This document shows positions 1-7,246 of a DNA stretch of 25,821 nucleotides, in pieces (the stretch's first letter is position 1; every line of letters begins with the position of its first letter). The notes beneath the pieces were generated by a model. That model saw only the letters and a list, made by a program, of their open reading frames with translations, was not told the origin of the DNA and did not search any database. The stretch comes from Candidatus Enterousia sp. (GTDB lineage Bacteria; Pseudomonadota; Alphaproteobacteria; Rs-D84). Both the position numbers and the translations under genes were made by a program. The stretch is from the NCBI GenBank assembly GCA_045613785.1, contig JAZLBQ010000016.1, positions 1 through 25,821 on the forward strand, given 5' to 3'.

Positions 1-780
1 GCCCTTGCGGTATTCAATATTTGTTCCGCCCATACTTTCAAGCAGGCTTTTTGCTTCTTCTTCGCTTTCGCAAACTTTCAAAGCAGTTTTTCTGCCTGTT
101 TTCATAATTGCCCATTTATCAGCGGTTGCCCATCTTTCTTCGTTTGTGCAAGGTGCAAGTTCTGAATCTTCAAGCTTGCTTTCTGCTTCCAACTGTTCAA
201 CCTTTGAATAAATAAACTTTTCGATTTCTTCCAGATCTTCCGCAGTTACATCAAATCTATAAACGTATGTCGGCAACTGTGGATAGTTAGAATCAATTCT
301 TGCCTTGCTTTTTGAATGGTCTTTAAGAAGGGCGATGAATTCGCAACGCTTTACTTCTGCCCCGCACTTGCCCATAAGCCAAGCATAGATTAAACCCTGT
401 TTTCTCCAATCTTCAAAATCTTCAAACTGAATTTTCCAAACCGAAGCAGTCTTGAAATCGTGAAGTGTTTTTGTTTCTGGATCGTAAGAATCAACCCTGC
501 CCGTTACTTTTGAATTCAGTACATCAGCAGAATAAAATTCTTCCTTGATGGTGTTTGTGTTCTGCTTTTCCATAATTGAATGAACCGCAGTTCCAAAAAC
601 CGCCCACACAGAATCGCTTGCATCAACTTCAAGTTCGTCATAATGACGTTCGGTCAAAATTGTTTCGCAAGCCCCGTGCAGTAAAGTTGTTGCAGAATAG
701 CAACCTTTCTGATTGTGTCTTTCAACACTTACTGCATCCACAAATGCCTGTGGCAATCCAAGTTTGTTTGTTACTTTCAT
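1..780 (-). CDS. PD-(D/E)XK (Cas4/RecB-like) phage exonuclease, 3'-truncated by the window edge
   Basis: Not in the ORF track. Open frame from ATG at 780 (RBS AGGGGG) to the edge: MKVTNKLGLPQAFVDAV...FGTAVHSIME...VTGRVDSYD...LHDFKTAS...QGLIYAWL, containing the typical GTAVH, G-x-D, D-x-K and Q-x-x-x-Y motifs. Confidence 0.85.
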   Translation of the reverse strand, partial: MKVTNKLGLPQAFVDAVSVERHNQKGCYSATTLLHGACETILTERHYDELEVDASDSVWAVFGTAVHSIMEKQNTNTIKEEFYSADVLNSKVTGRVDSYDPETKTLHDFKTASVWKIQFEDFEDWRKQGLIYAWLMGKCGAEVKRCEFIALLKDHSKSKARIDSNYPQLPTYVYRFDVTAEDLEEIEKFIYSKVEQLEAESKLEDSELAPCTNEERWATADKWAIMKTGRKTALKVCESEEEAKSLLESMGGTNIEYRKG

Positions 781-812
781 AGTAAATCCCCCTAGTGATT
801 TAATTTAATATT

Positions 813-841
813 ATCTTAACACTATATTATAATAATGTCAA
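813..841 (-). promoter_or_regulatory. sigma70-type promoter for the nuclease gene, overlapped by an imperfect dyad
   Basis: Minus strand TTGACA-17 bp-TAAGAT with an extended TG. The arms TTGACATTAT and ATAGTGTTAA form an 8/10 inverted repeat. Confidence 0.6.
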
Positions 842-848
842 CACTTTT

Positions 849-1049
849 TTATATTGCGTTTCCGCTTGATTTTCCGCACCATCCATTATTATTGGAACTT
901 GTCGCAATCCCTTGCCATTCAATAACCCGTTTCATCTTCTGCCCGCATTCGGGGCAGGTTTGCCGATTCTTTAATCTGTCATAATCTTTAATACAGATTC
1001 CAACATTAAAAACTTTCCCGCAGGATTCACATTTGAACTTATAAACCAT
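849..1049 (-). CDS. FmdB-family zinc-ribbon protein
   Basis: Y-x-F-x-CxxC...CPxCG-x-x-M-x-R-V-I pattern, 66 aa. Confidence 0.75.
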   Translation of the reverse strand: MVYKFKCESCGKVFNVGICIKDYDRLKNRQTCPECGQKMKRVIEWQGIATSSNNNGWCGKSSGNAI

Positions 1050-1051
1050 TT

Positions 1052-1636
1052 TTATTTTACCCCCTTTAATGGCATTGCATAAGTAATTTTATTACCAGAT
1101 CTATTTTTTTCAAGTTCTGCATTATAACGTTTGGCAACTGCACAACATCTTGCACAACTGCAACTTTCGAATTCTTCCCTGTGGCAGGTCCAGGAAGGAT
1201 TACCGTAATTCTTGCAGAAAGAACCGCTTTTATGAACGCAATTATAACAAACTGTTTCGCCCTTGTCCCCGTTCTGATACTGTTTATTAAATCTAACAAC
1301 TTTCATTGGCGGTTGAAACTCTGATTTCTTCACAGACCTTGCACGGCAATCAAGCCCCTTTTCATAACAGGCAGGGCACATCGGCAAGCCGTAATCATAT
1401 TCACAACCGCATTCAAGGCAGACCGCCCAAATATATTCATTTGGTCTTTTGCCCGTAACTCTAACAAGCAGGCTTTTCATAATTGCAATCTCTGGAAACC
1501 TGCCGTTATTGCTTTTGTTTAATTCCCGCAGGAAGTTTTCTTTTTGTTCTTCTTCCAACTTACCAAGATTTTCTGCAACCCATTTTTTCTGTTCATCGGA
1601 TGCAGTTCCAAATCTGCTTTCAAGTTCATTAATCAT
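1052..1636 (-). CDS. Cys-rich putative Zn-binding protein of unknown function
   Basis: 194 aa with CLECGC, CPAC, CYNC and CSCARCC clusters. Overlaps the stop of the initiator gene. Confidence 0.7.
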   Translation of the reverse strand: MINELESRFGTASDEQKKWVAENLGKLEEEQKENFLRELNKSNNGRFPEIAIMKSLLVRVTGKRPNEYIWAVCLECGCEYDYGLPMCPACYEKGLDCRARSVKKSEFQPPMKVVRFNKQYQNGDKGETVCYNCVHKSGSFCKNYGNPSWTCHREEFESCSCARCCAVAKRYNAELEKNRSGNKITYAMPLKGVK

Positions 1637-2615
1637 TTTTTGCCCCCTTTATGTAATCATAATAATCGTCGTTCAATGCTGAATAATCAACGCCGTTCTT
1701 TTCATCTTCTGAAAGCCAATGTTTAATAAGGGCTTCAAGTTCTCTGCCTTTCGGCATTCCCATATTAAACCAATCTTTTTTGTGATAAACGAAAGTTGAA
1801 ATTCTATAAGTGCAACCGCTATCGAAATCAGCGTTCATTCTTTCTTCGATAAGCTGATTTAAACCGCCCTTCGGCATATCAATATATCTGGTCATATCAA
1901 AATTGTTCGGGATATATTCTACAACATTTTTATAAAAAGCATTAAGAGAAAAACTATTTTTCCAAGTGTCACTTTCTGCAACATAAAGATAATTTTCAAA
2001 TGCTGATTTCAGTTCATCCAGATTGTATTGCTTTGCAAGTTCTAAAAAGACACGACCTTTCCCCGTTTCAAAATAAAACAAATCTTTTTCAATCGGAATT
2101 ATATTTTTCTTTTTTGAATTATGCAGATTTATTTTATTAAAACAGTCTACAAGAAAAGGTTGCATCTCTGCTTTGATTACAGGAATAGTTTCTTGAATAT
2201 AAGCGGGCGGTTTTTCTGCTATATTATCAGTTATATTATTATTTATATTATTAGGTAAACTTTGTTTCATACCCCCATTAAACTTTGTTTCATACCCCTG
2301 TGAAACTTTGTTTAATACCCCATTAAACTTTGTTTCATACCCTGTAACTTTATAGGTGCAGAATTTCAAATTGTTCTGGAAAGTTTCATTTTTCAAAATC
2401 AACTGTTTTTCCATAAGGCTTTTTAATGCCTTCATTACACCTTGTTTTGTTGAATTAGTCCAATCTGCTAAATATTGCAGGCTTCCTGTAAATTCTGATT
2501 GACCATCCTGTGAAAATCCGTGAATGATTGCATAGATTAAAAGTTCGTTGCCTTTCAGTTGTAAATCATTCACCATAAAAGCTTGAATTGTGATAAAAGA
2601 TTTTTCTTTCACCAT
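1629..2615 (-). CDS. Phage replication initiator (N-terminal winged HTH)
   Basis: Likely start MVKEKSF at 2615 (RBS AAGGAG). LKGNELLIYAIIHGFSQDG...FTGSLQYLADW is a typical phage replisome-organiser N-terminus, and the gene carries internal iterons. Confidence 0.8.
   Translation of the reverse strand: MVKEKSFITIQAFMVNDLQLKGNELLIYAIIHGFSQDGQSEFTGSLQYLADWTNSTKQGVMKALKSLMEKQLILKNETFQNNLKFCTYKVTGYETKFNGVLNKVSQGYETKFNGGMKQSLPNNINNNITDNIAEKPPAYIQETIPVIKAEMQPFLVDCFNKINLHNSKKKNIIPIEKDLFYFETGKGRVFLELAKQYNLDELKSAFENYLYVAESDTWKNSFSLNAFYKNVVEYIPNNFDMTRYIDMPKGGLNQLIEERMNADFDSGCTYRISTFVYHKKDWFNMGMPKGRELEALIKHWLSEDEKNGVDYSALNDDYYDYIKGAKND
2221..2342. repeat. Probable replication origin: 4 iterons plus an AT-rich tract
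   Basis: AAACTTTGTTTMATACCC starts at 2257, 2280, 2303 and 2325 (spacing 23/23/22), next to an AT-rich stretch at 2221-2256, all inside the initiator gene (lambda O-like layout). Confidence 0.8.
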
Positions 2616-2632
2616 TTTGTTTTGTTCTCCTT

Positions 2633-2773
2633 TTGCCAAATAAAAAAGGTTTATCTCCTGCACTAGTCGGTGATGAAGCCGAATCCGCCCAAATTGCAAA
2701 ACGGAATTCTAATGCAGAAAATAAACCTTTCTTATGGCAACTTGTATTTTTGTTGGCTCATCACTTCCAACAA
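2633..2773 (-). ncRNA. Structured 5' leader RNA of the initiator gene
   Basis: A ~30-bp stem (2633-2666 with 2709-2740) whose mismatches are mostly G-U wobbles on the minus strand, plus two hairpins with complementary loops. Confidence 0.6.
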
Positions 2774-2778
2774 TCATT

Positions 2779-2807
2779 ATTATATAGCACTTATCTTATA
2801 ATGTAAA
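2779..2807 (-). promoter_or_regulatory. sigma70-type promoter of the replication operon
   Basis: Minus strand TTTACA-17 bp-TATAAT; predicted start site near 2773. Confidence 0.7.
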
Positions 2808-2964
2808 CAGAAAGTTAAATATTGCGTATAACAGGCTTTTCGGGGCTTGGTAATGATATTATACCTTTTTTGTTAAACACCCCCTGTTTTTTAAATCCTA
2901 GCCCTGTTATAGACCAAATTAATTAGTGGTAATTCCCTTTAATTTCCCATAATTCCCATAAAAT

Positions 2965-3003
2965 AAAAACCCGTGCGGGACATTGCATCCAGATCTGCAC
3001 GGG
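2965..3003 (-). terminator. Probable terminator at the end of the lysis operon
   Basis: Stem CCCGTGC/GCACGGG followed by a T-run on the minus strand. Confidence 0.55.
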
Positions 3004-3067
3004 AAACAAAAGTTTTTTATCACTCAATCAACTAGGGGGCTGATAGAGTAGATGTTTTTATAATACT

Positions 3068-3307
3068 TTATTTTTCTATGTCTGTCAAAATTGCATCAAC
3101 TGTAGAACCCCATTCTTCCCACTGCTGAACTAAATGTTCGTAGTAGTTTAGAAGTTCTGCAACTTCCTTCAAGTCTTTCGGGGCTTCCTTTTCTTCCCGT
3201 GCAGGCTTTGGGGGCAGGATTATTTCTTTTTCAATTTCCTTCGTTGTTCTGCACCCGCTGATTGTTAGAATTAACAATGTCGGCAATAATATTAAAAACT
3301 TCTTCAT
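3068..3307 (-). CDS. o-spanin-like lipoprotein (Rz1-like)
   Basis: Signal peptide with lipobox MKKFLILLPTLLILTISG-C and a Pro-rich segment. Overlaps the 3' end of the upstream i-spanin-like gene. Confidence 0.7.
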   Translation of the reverse strand: MKKFLILLPTLLILTISGCRTTKEIEKEIILPPKPAREEKEAPKDLKEVAELLNYYEHLVQQWEEWGSTVDAILTDIEK

Positions 3308-3545
3308 CGCTTCCTGCTTCCTTTATTTTTTCTGAAACCGATTTTTCATCGCTTTTTATTTTTAACAGTTTGTCAATGTATTTTGATAACTGTTCAACAT
3401 TCACTCTTGCAGCTTCAAGGCGGGCGTGTGCTTCTGCAAGTTCCTTTTTATTTAACTTGATTGTTTTTGCAAGTGTGTAAACTATCCCGCCAAGTGTAAC
3501 AATTATAGCAATTAATACCAGAATTAAAGTTGCCGTGAAACTCAT
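3231..3545 (-). CDS. i-spanin-like protein (Rz-like)
   Basis: N-terminal TM helix followed by coiled coil; lies after the holin and endolysin candidates. Confidence 0.65.
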   Translation of the reverse strand: MSFTATLILVLIAIIVTLGGIVYTLAKTIKLNKKELAEAHARLEAARVNVEQLSKYIDKLLKIKSDEKSVSEKIKEAGSDEEVFNIIADIVNSNNQRVQNNEGN

Positions 3546-3769
3546 TCTTCCACCTTCTTGAATTTATCAAGTGCCGTGTTAATTGAAATATCTCCAAAGA
3601 TTGCAGACATAGTTCCCGCAACCATGCAGATTTCATATATTGTCGCATTACCGAAAATACCCAACCACTTCATAACCGAACAGATAACAAGAAAGATAAT
3701 TGCCACAATTTTGACAATTAAAGAAACTTTCTTTGCCTTCAACTCTTTTTCTGTTTTTTCTTCTGTCAT
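3542..3769 (-). CDS. Putative holin
   Basis: 75 aa, two hydrophobic segments, charged termini, inside the lysis cassette. Confidence 0.6.
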   Translation of the reverse strand: MTEEKTEKELKAKKVSLIVKIVAIIFLVICSVMKWLGIFGNATIYEICMVAGTMSAIFGDISINTALDKFKKVEE

Positions 3770-4206
3770 TATTTCGCCCCCTTAATTTTTATAATTCTGC
3801 ATTCGGTTGCTTTTCCTTCTTCAACACATCTGGAAGAAGAAAGTGAATTAAAAACAACCTTGCCATCTTCAACCCCGACCCAATGCCCGTTATTGCCACG
3901 GCTGAATTTCACAATCGTTTTTTCTTTTATGTTTTTAATTGTTGTAATATTTTTCTTTTCAAAGCTTGCTATTTCTCGCCCTGTGATTCGTTTTATGCAC
4001 TCCGCCCAATAAACTGTGCATTCTTCATCAAGTGCGTGTTCTTCGATTAAATCAGATACAAGCATTATTGCTCCAATGTCTGACGGGTCCAATCCAAGCC
4101 ACCAGATCAACGTGAAAGCACAACACGCATAATCTTTAATTGATTTAAGCTTTGCATTCGGAAAATGCTTGTAAAGTTCTTCTGCCAAACTCTGCGGATT
4201 TTTCAT
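3769..4206 (-). CDS. Putative papain-fold Cys-peptidase endolysin (C39/DUF261-like)
   Basis: Candidate triad YACC / GHWV / FNSL; occupies the endolysin position upstream of the holin and spanins. Confidence 0.5.
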   Translation of the reverse strand: MKNPQSLAEELYKHFPNAKLKSIKDYACCAFTLIWWLGLDPSDIGAIMLVSDLIEEHALDEECTVYWAECIKRITGREIASFEKKNITTIKNIKEKTIVKFSRGNNGHWVGVEDGKVVFNSLSSSRCVEEGKATECRIIKIKGAK

Positions 4207-4236
4207 TTAAGCCCCTTGCGTTCGCTAACGCTCTCT

Positions 4237-4473
4237 CTATTTTATAAATGAAATTATAAGCCCAATTCCTTCTGTTATCAAACCAATAAGTAAAGCAATA
4301 AATTTTCCCATATATTTTTTTTCTGTTTCTGTTATTGCAAGTTTTATTTTTATATCAACACTTTCATTTATTTTCTTTGCGATTTCTTCGGGCATTCCCT
4401 TTATATCGTTTTTAATTTCTTTGATGTCGGATTCCATTTGTAGAACTTTGCTTTCAATAACTTCTGCATTCAT
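4237..4473 (-). CDS. Coiled-coil protein with C-terminal TM helix (XhlA/holin-associated type)
   Basis: Likely start MNAEVIESK at 4473 (RBS GGGGTGG); 78 aa. Confidence 0.6.
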   Translation of the reverse strand: MNAEVIESKVLQMESDIKEIKNDIKGMPEEIAKKINESVDIKIKLAITETEKKYMGKFIALLIGLITEGIGLIISFIK

Positions 4474-4551
4474 ATTTACCACCCCGCTATTGTTGCCAAT
4501 CTGCGATGCCCAACTTAAAATTTGACTTGTAAAGCCAATCCCCTTTTTTGA

Positions 4552-4580
4552 AGTATACACCTGATTTATTTTGTTTGCAA
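4552..4580 (-). promoter_or_regulatory. Promoter of the lysis cassette
   Basis: Minus strand TTGCAA-17 bp-TATACT, with GGTG directly before the -10. Confidence 0.6.
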
Positions 4581-4602
4581 ATGTGTAAAGTTATGTTATA
4601 AT
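4575..4602 (+). promoter_or_regulatory. Divergent plus-strand promoter
   Basis: TTGCAA-16 bp-TATAAT with an extended TGn -10; shares the palindromic -35 with the lysis promoter. Confidence 0.55.
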
Positions 4603-4643
4603 AAATTAGGTCAAGAAACCATCAAAAAGAACTCTCTCCAATT

Positions 4644-4667
4644 CCGCCCGATAACAAGGGCGGTTTT
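4644..4667 (+). terminator. Intrinsic terminator, plus strand
   Basis: CCGCCC-gataacaa-GGGCGG-TTTT. Confidence 0.55.
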
Positions 4668-4733
4668 CTATTGCTCTTAGCATTAGCCATTTGGTATACC
4701 TCTAGTTATTAGTATAAAAAAGTATACTGTCTA

Positions 4734-4768
4734 TAATATGCAATCTGTTACCTCAAATGCAGTGGCAG
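4734..4768 (+). repeat. Left 35-bp inverted repeat of the invertible tail cassette
   Basis: TAATATGCAATCTGTTACCTCAAATGCAGTGGCAG is the exact reverse complement of 5698-5732. Confidence 0.95.
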
Positions 4769-5295
4769 TTGCTATGCTTTTCAATCCAAAACTTCACATC
4801 ACCGATACTAGAGATAGTAATTTTGCGCCAGGTTATTATTTGGCAACTTATGGTGGTCAAACAGTTCAAGAATTTAAGAATACAAGCGTTATCAATACAC
4901 CTTTTAATACAGGCTCATTCTGTACACTGATTACTATGATTCCGTGGGCAGATTTATCGGGCGGTTTTCCAACACAATTTGCAATAAACACTTACATCAA
5001 TGGTGAAATAAAATATAGAGTTGCTTCAGATGCAAATAATTGGGGTGCTTGGGCAAAAATTGTAAATCAAAATGATATATCTTCAGCAGTATTTACAGTA
5101 GATACTGCACGCCAAAAAATAAACAATGCTCAAAGTAAATTAATTTATCGTGGCAACAAATTAGGCACAATAGATATATATGATGAAACAGGAAGCGGTT
5201 TATCAATAGATTTTGATTTTGATAATGGACAGATAAGAGTTTATTCTGTAGTCAGTGGTGTCACAATGGGGCAAAAAACTGCATATCTTTCATAA
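4738..5295 (+). CDS. Silent alternative C-terminus of the tail-tip protein (tail fibre knob-like domain)
   Basis: The only credible plus-strand ORF. It has no RBS, begins within the inverted repeat, and DTRDSNFAP...PWADLSGG...Q.A...YR...WGAW resembles tail-fibre/pyocin knob domains. Confidence 0.75.
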   Translation: MQSVTSNAVAVAMLFNPKLHITDTRDSNFAPGYYLATYGGQTVQEFKNTSVINTPFNTGSFCTLITMIPWADLSGGFPTQFAINTYINGEIKYRVASDANNWGAWAKIVNQNDISSAVFTVDTARQKINNAQSKLIYRGNKLGTIDIYDETGSGLSIDFDFDNGQIRVYSVVSGVTMGQKTAYLS

Positions 5296-5341
5296 TTAAA
5301 TACCATTAATAAAAAAAATGTCCTTGCTATTGAAATAATAA

Positions 5342-7246
5342 TTATGCTATAAGCGTGTCGCAATACCAAACACCGTTTCTATAGCCAAATCTTTTTAGAC
5401 CAACGCCCGGGTGGAAATATATAAATGCAGACCAAAGTTTTGCATTTGTACCACCATAAGTGTACCCTAAAACCATAACGGTCATATTTGGATTTGCTAA
5501 ACCTATAAAAACTCTAAAACCGTGTTCAAAATAAGCGTTGTTATATAAATAATCAAACCATTCTTTGAAATAAATGCTATCATCAGTAGATTGTGACGGT
5601 AAATCTCCCCAAGAAATCAAAGGCAATCTGTATACCCAACTTAAATCATTTATATTGTATAACTGATTTAACATTTGTCCTAATGGAGTTATTGCCCCTG
5701 CCACTGCATTTGAGGTAACAGATTGCATATTACCGCTAGTGACTGTATCGACTGGCATAGCAGTACTGTTTGCAAGGGCGTCAGACGTTATCGGGGCATT
5801 GTTTCCTGCTTGAATTGTATTTGTAGGAGTTTCCGCAACGTTCACAATGTTTCCTGCTTCATCAACAGATATAATTGCAACATAAGTTCCCACATTCATC
5901 GTAAGATTGACTGCACCCGATTTTCCCGTTGTTAAAGTCAATTTTCCTGTTCCGCCTAACTGCTTGAACCAAACGTGGTAAGTTTTTGCTCCTGTCTTTT
6001 CATTATCGAGATAAAGGGTGAAGGTTGCGTTTGTTCCGACTGTTCCCACAAATCCGATTGTATTATACGTAACATCAGCTTTAGGCATTGTGGTATCTGT
6101 CGGGATTGTGTACCACCTTACAGAGTCTGTTGAGGTTGCTTTTTCACTTGCTTTCTGAATCTGTCGCAACATCAACTGTAACTGTTCTGCTAGGTTGTTC
6201 TGTGGCTTTCCGAAACTGAATTGAATGTCATAACTTCCCCAAGCCCAATGCTCTGTTACGGACAATATTTGAGCAACTGCGGATTTTCCCGAAAAAGCAA
6301 CCGTAATTATATCGCCTACATCGTATTGCTCTCTGAAAATATAAGGACACTTTGCAAGTCCATTTCCTGCCATTGTCAACGTCTGTCCATACTGTGAAAG
6401 CATAGACAAGGCTTCTGCTTCATACTCATTTTCAGTTGTCATTGAAGATTGATTATCCCAAGATTCAAACCTGTCAAATCCGCTCGGGCTTCCGTTTTCA
6501 CCTTCGTAAATGTCACGGTCATCATTTTGACCCTTTCCGCCAATGTAGATGGCATTACTGAAACTTTCTGAACTGTCGGAAAACTCACCGTTTGCAAGGC
6601 TTTCATAATTCGTATCAAATCTAACTGTCTGCGACAAATTATTTCCTGCATAAACTTCTAAAGTTAAAGAACCGTTAAAGGCAATCCGCCAACCGATTTC
6701 TGATTGTGTCGCTATCGTTTTGCAGACTTCATACAGATTTGTGAACTGCTCTGAAACGGAATAAACCTTGCCAATTGCGGATTCTGTCGCAGGAATAACA
6801 TTATTAATCGGCAACTGTCTTTTTGCTTCTGCACCGCTTCCACATTGGTCTTTAATCAGATTACGCAAACACAGTTCACCCTTTGCGGTCATTACCCAAA
6901 GCCCGTTAGAGTTCATGTTTTTTATAACTCTGCGTTTCAAAATATACCTTGCGTCATATCCTGTAATTGTTCGAACCTGCGAGCCTTTGCCATCTTGACC
7001 TATGGGATCTTGAATTGAATATATTTCCCCGAAGTCATAAGGATTGTTTCCAAACTGAACGAATAAGCCACGCTGAAATAACTGCGAGTTAGGAATATTA
7101 TAATTTATTGTTATCGTGAAAACTCCTGCACTGTATAAATTATGTTCAAAACTCACTTCTGCATAATCGTCAATTATGGCTTGTAGGACAAATTCACTGC
7201 TTGAGTAAGAATATAATTTTAACTGCGGTTTTTCTTTATAACTCAT
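5342..7246 (-). CDS. Tail-tip/baseplate hub protein (ReqiPepy6 Gp37-like) with variable receptor-binding C-terminus
   Basis: Likely start MSYKEKPQ at 7246 (RBS GAGGGG). Motifs ITGYD..ILKRR, AIYIGGKGQ..DR, GFDRFE and YDVGDIITV; position downstream of Dit. Confidence 0.8.
   Translation of the reverse strand: MSYKEKPQLKLYSYSSSEFVLQAIIDDYAEVSFEHNLYSAGVFTITINYNIPNSQLFQRGLFVQFGNNPYDFGEIYSIQDPIGQDGKGSQVRTITGYDARYILKRRVIKNMNSNGLWVMTAKGELCLRNLIKDQCGSGAEAKRQLPINNVIPATESAIGKVYSVSEQFTNLYEVCKTIATQSEIGWRIAFNGSLTLEVYAGNNLSQTVRFDTNYESLANGEFSDSSESFSNAIYIGGKGQNDDRDIYEGENGSPSGFDRFESWDNQSSMTTENEYEAEALSMLSQYGQTLTMAGNGLAKCPYIFREQYDVGDIITVAFSGKSAVAQILSVTEHWAWGSYDIQFSFGKPQNNLAEQLQLMLRQIQKASEKATSTDSVRWYTIPTDTTMPKADVTYNTIGFVGTVGTNATFTLYLDNEKTGAKTYHVWFKQLGGTGKLTLTTGKSGAVNLTMNVGTYVAIISVDEAGNIVNVAETPTNTIQAGNNAPITSDALANSTAMPVDTVTSGNMQSVTSNAVAGAITPLGQMLNQLYNINDLSWVYRLPLISWGDLPSQSTDDSIYFKEWFDYLYNNAYFEHGFRVFIGLANPNMTVMVLGYTYGGTNAKLWSAFIYFHPGVGLKRFGYRNGVWYCDTLIA
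5698..5732 (-). repeat. Right 35-bp inverted repeat, inside the tail-tip gene
   Basis: Exact reverse complement of 4734-4768. Confidence 0.95.

Larger units (their letters stand above)
4734..5732. mobile_element. Putative invertible (Gin/Cin/shufflon-like) tail-tip cassette
   Basis: Two convergent tail C-termini bounded by perfect inverted repeats, both encoding NMQSVTSNAVA in the same frame. Confidence 0.8.

Noticed and set aside
2257-2342. Mini CRISPR array near a Cas4-like nuclease
   Set aside because: Spacers are only 4-5 bp and the repeats lie inside a coding gene; they fit iterons.
2616-2699. N-terminal extension of the initiator ORF given in the track
   Set aside because: It starts at TTG without an RBS and runs through the structured leader; the ATG at 2615 has a good RBS.
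4609-4667. Small RNA guiding the inversion (bridge-RNA-like)
   Set aside because: No complementarity to the 35-bp repeat and no IS110-like recombinase seen.
4732-4740. Independent expression of ORF 4738-5295 from the adjacent TATAAT
   Set aside because: TATAAT abuts the ATG, too close even for a leaderless transcript, and there is no RBS.
4738-5732. Diversity-generating retroelement acting on the tail tip
   Set aside because: No reverse transcriptase and no TR/VR pair with adenine-specific mismatches; the repeat is short, perfect and inverted.
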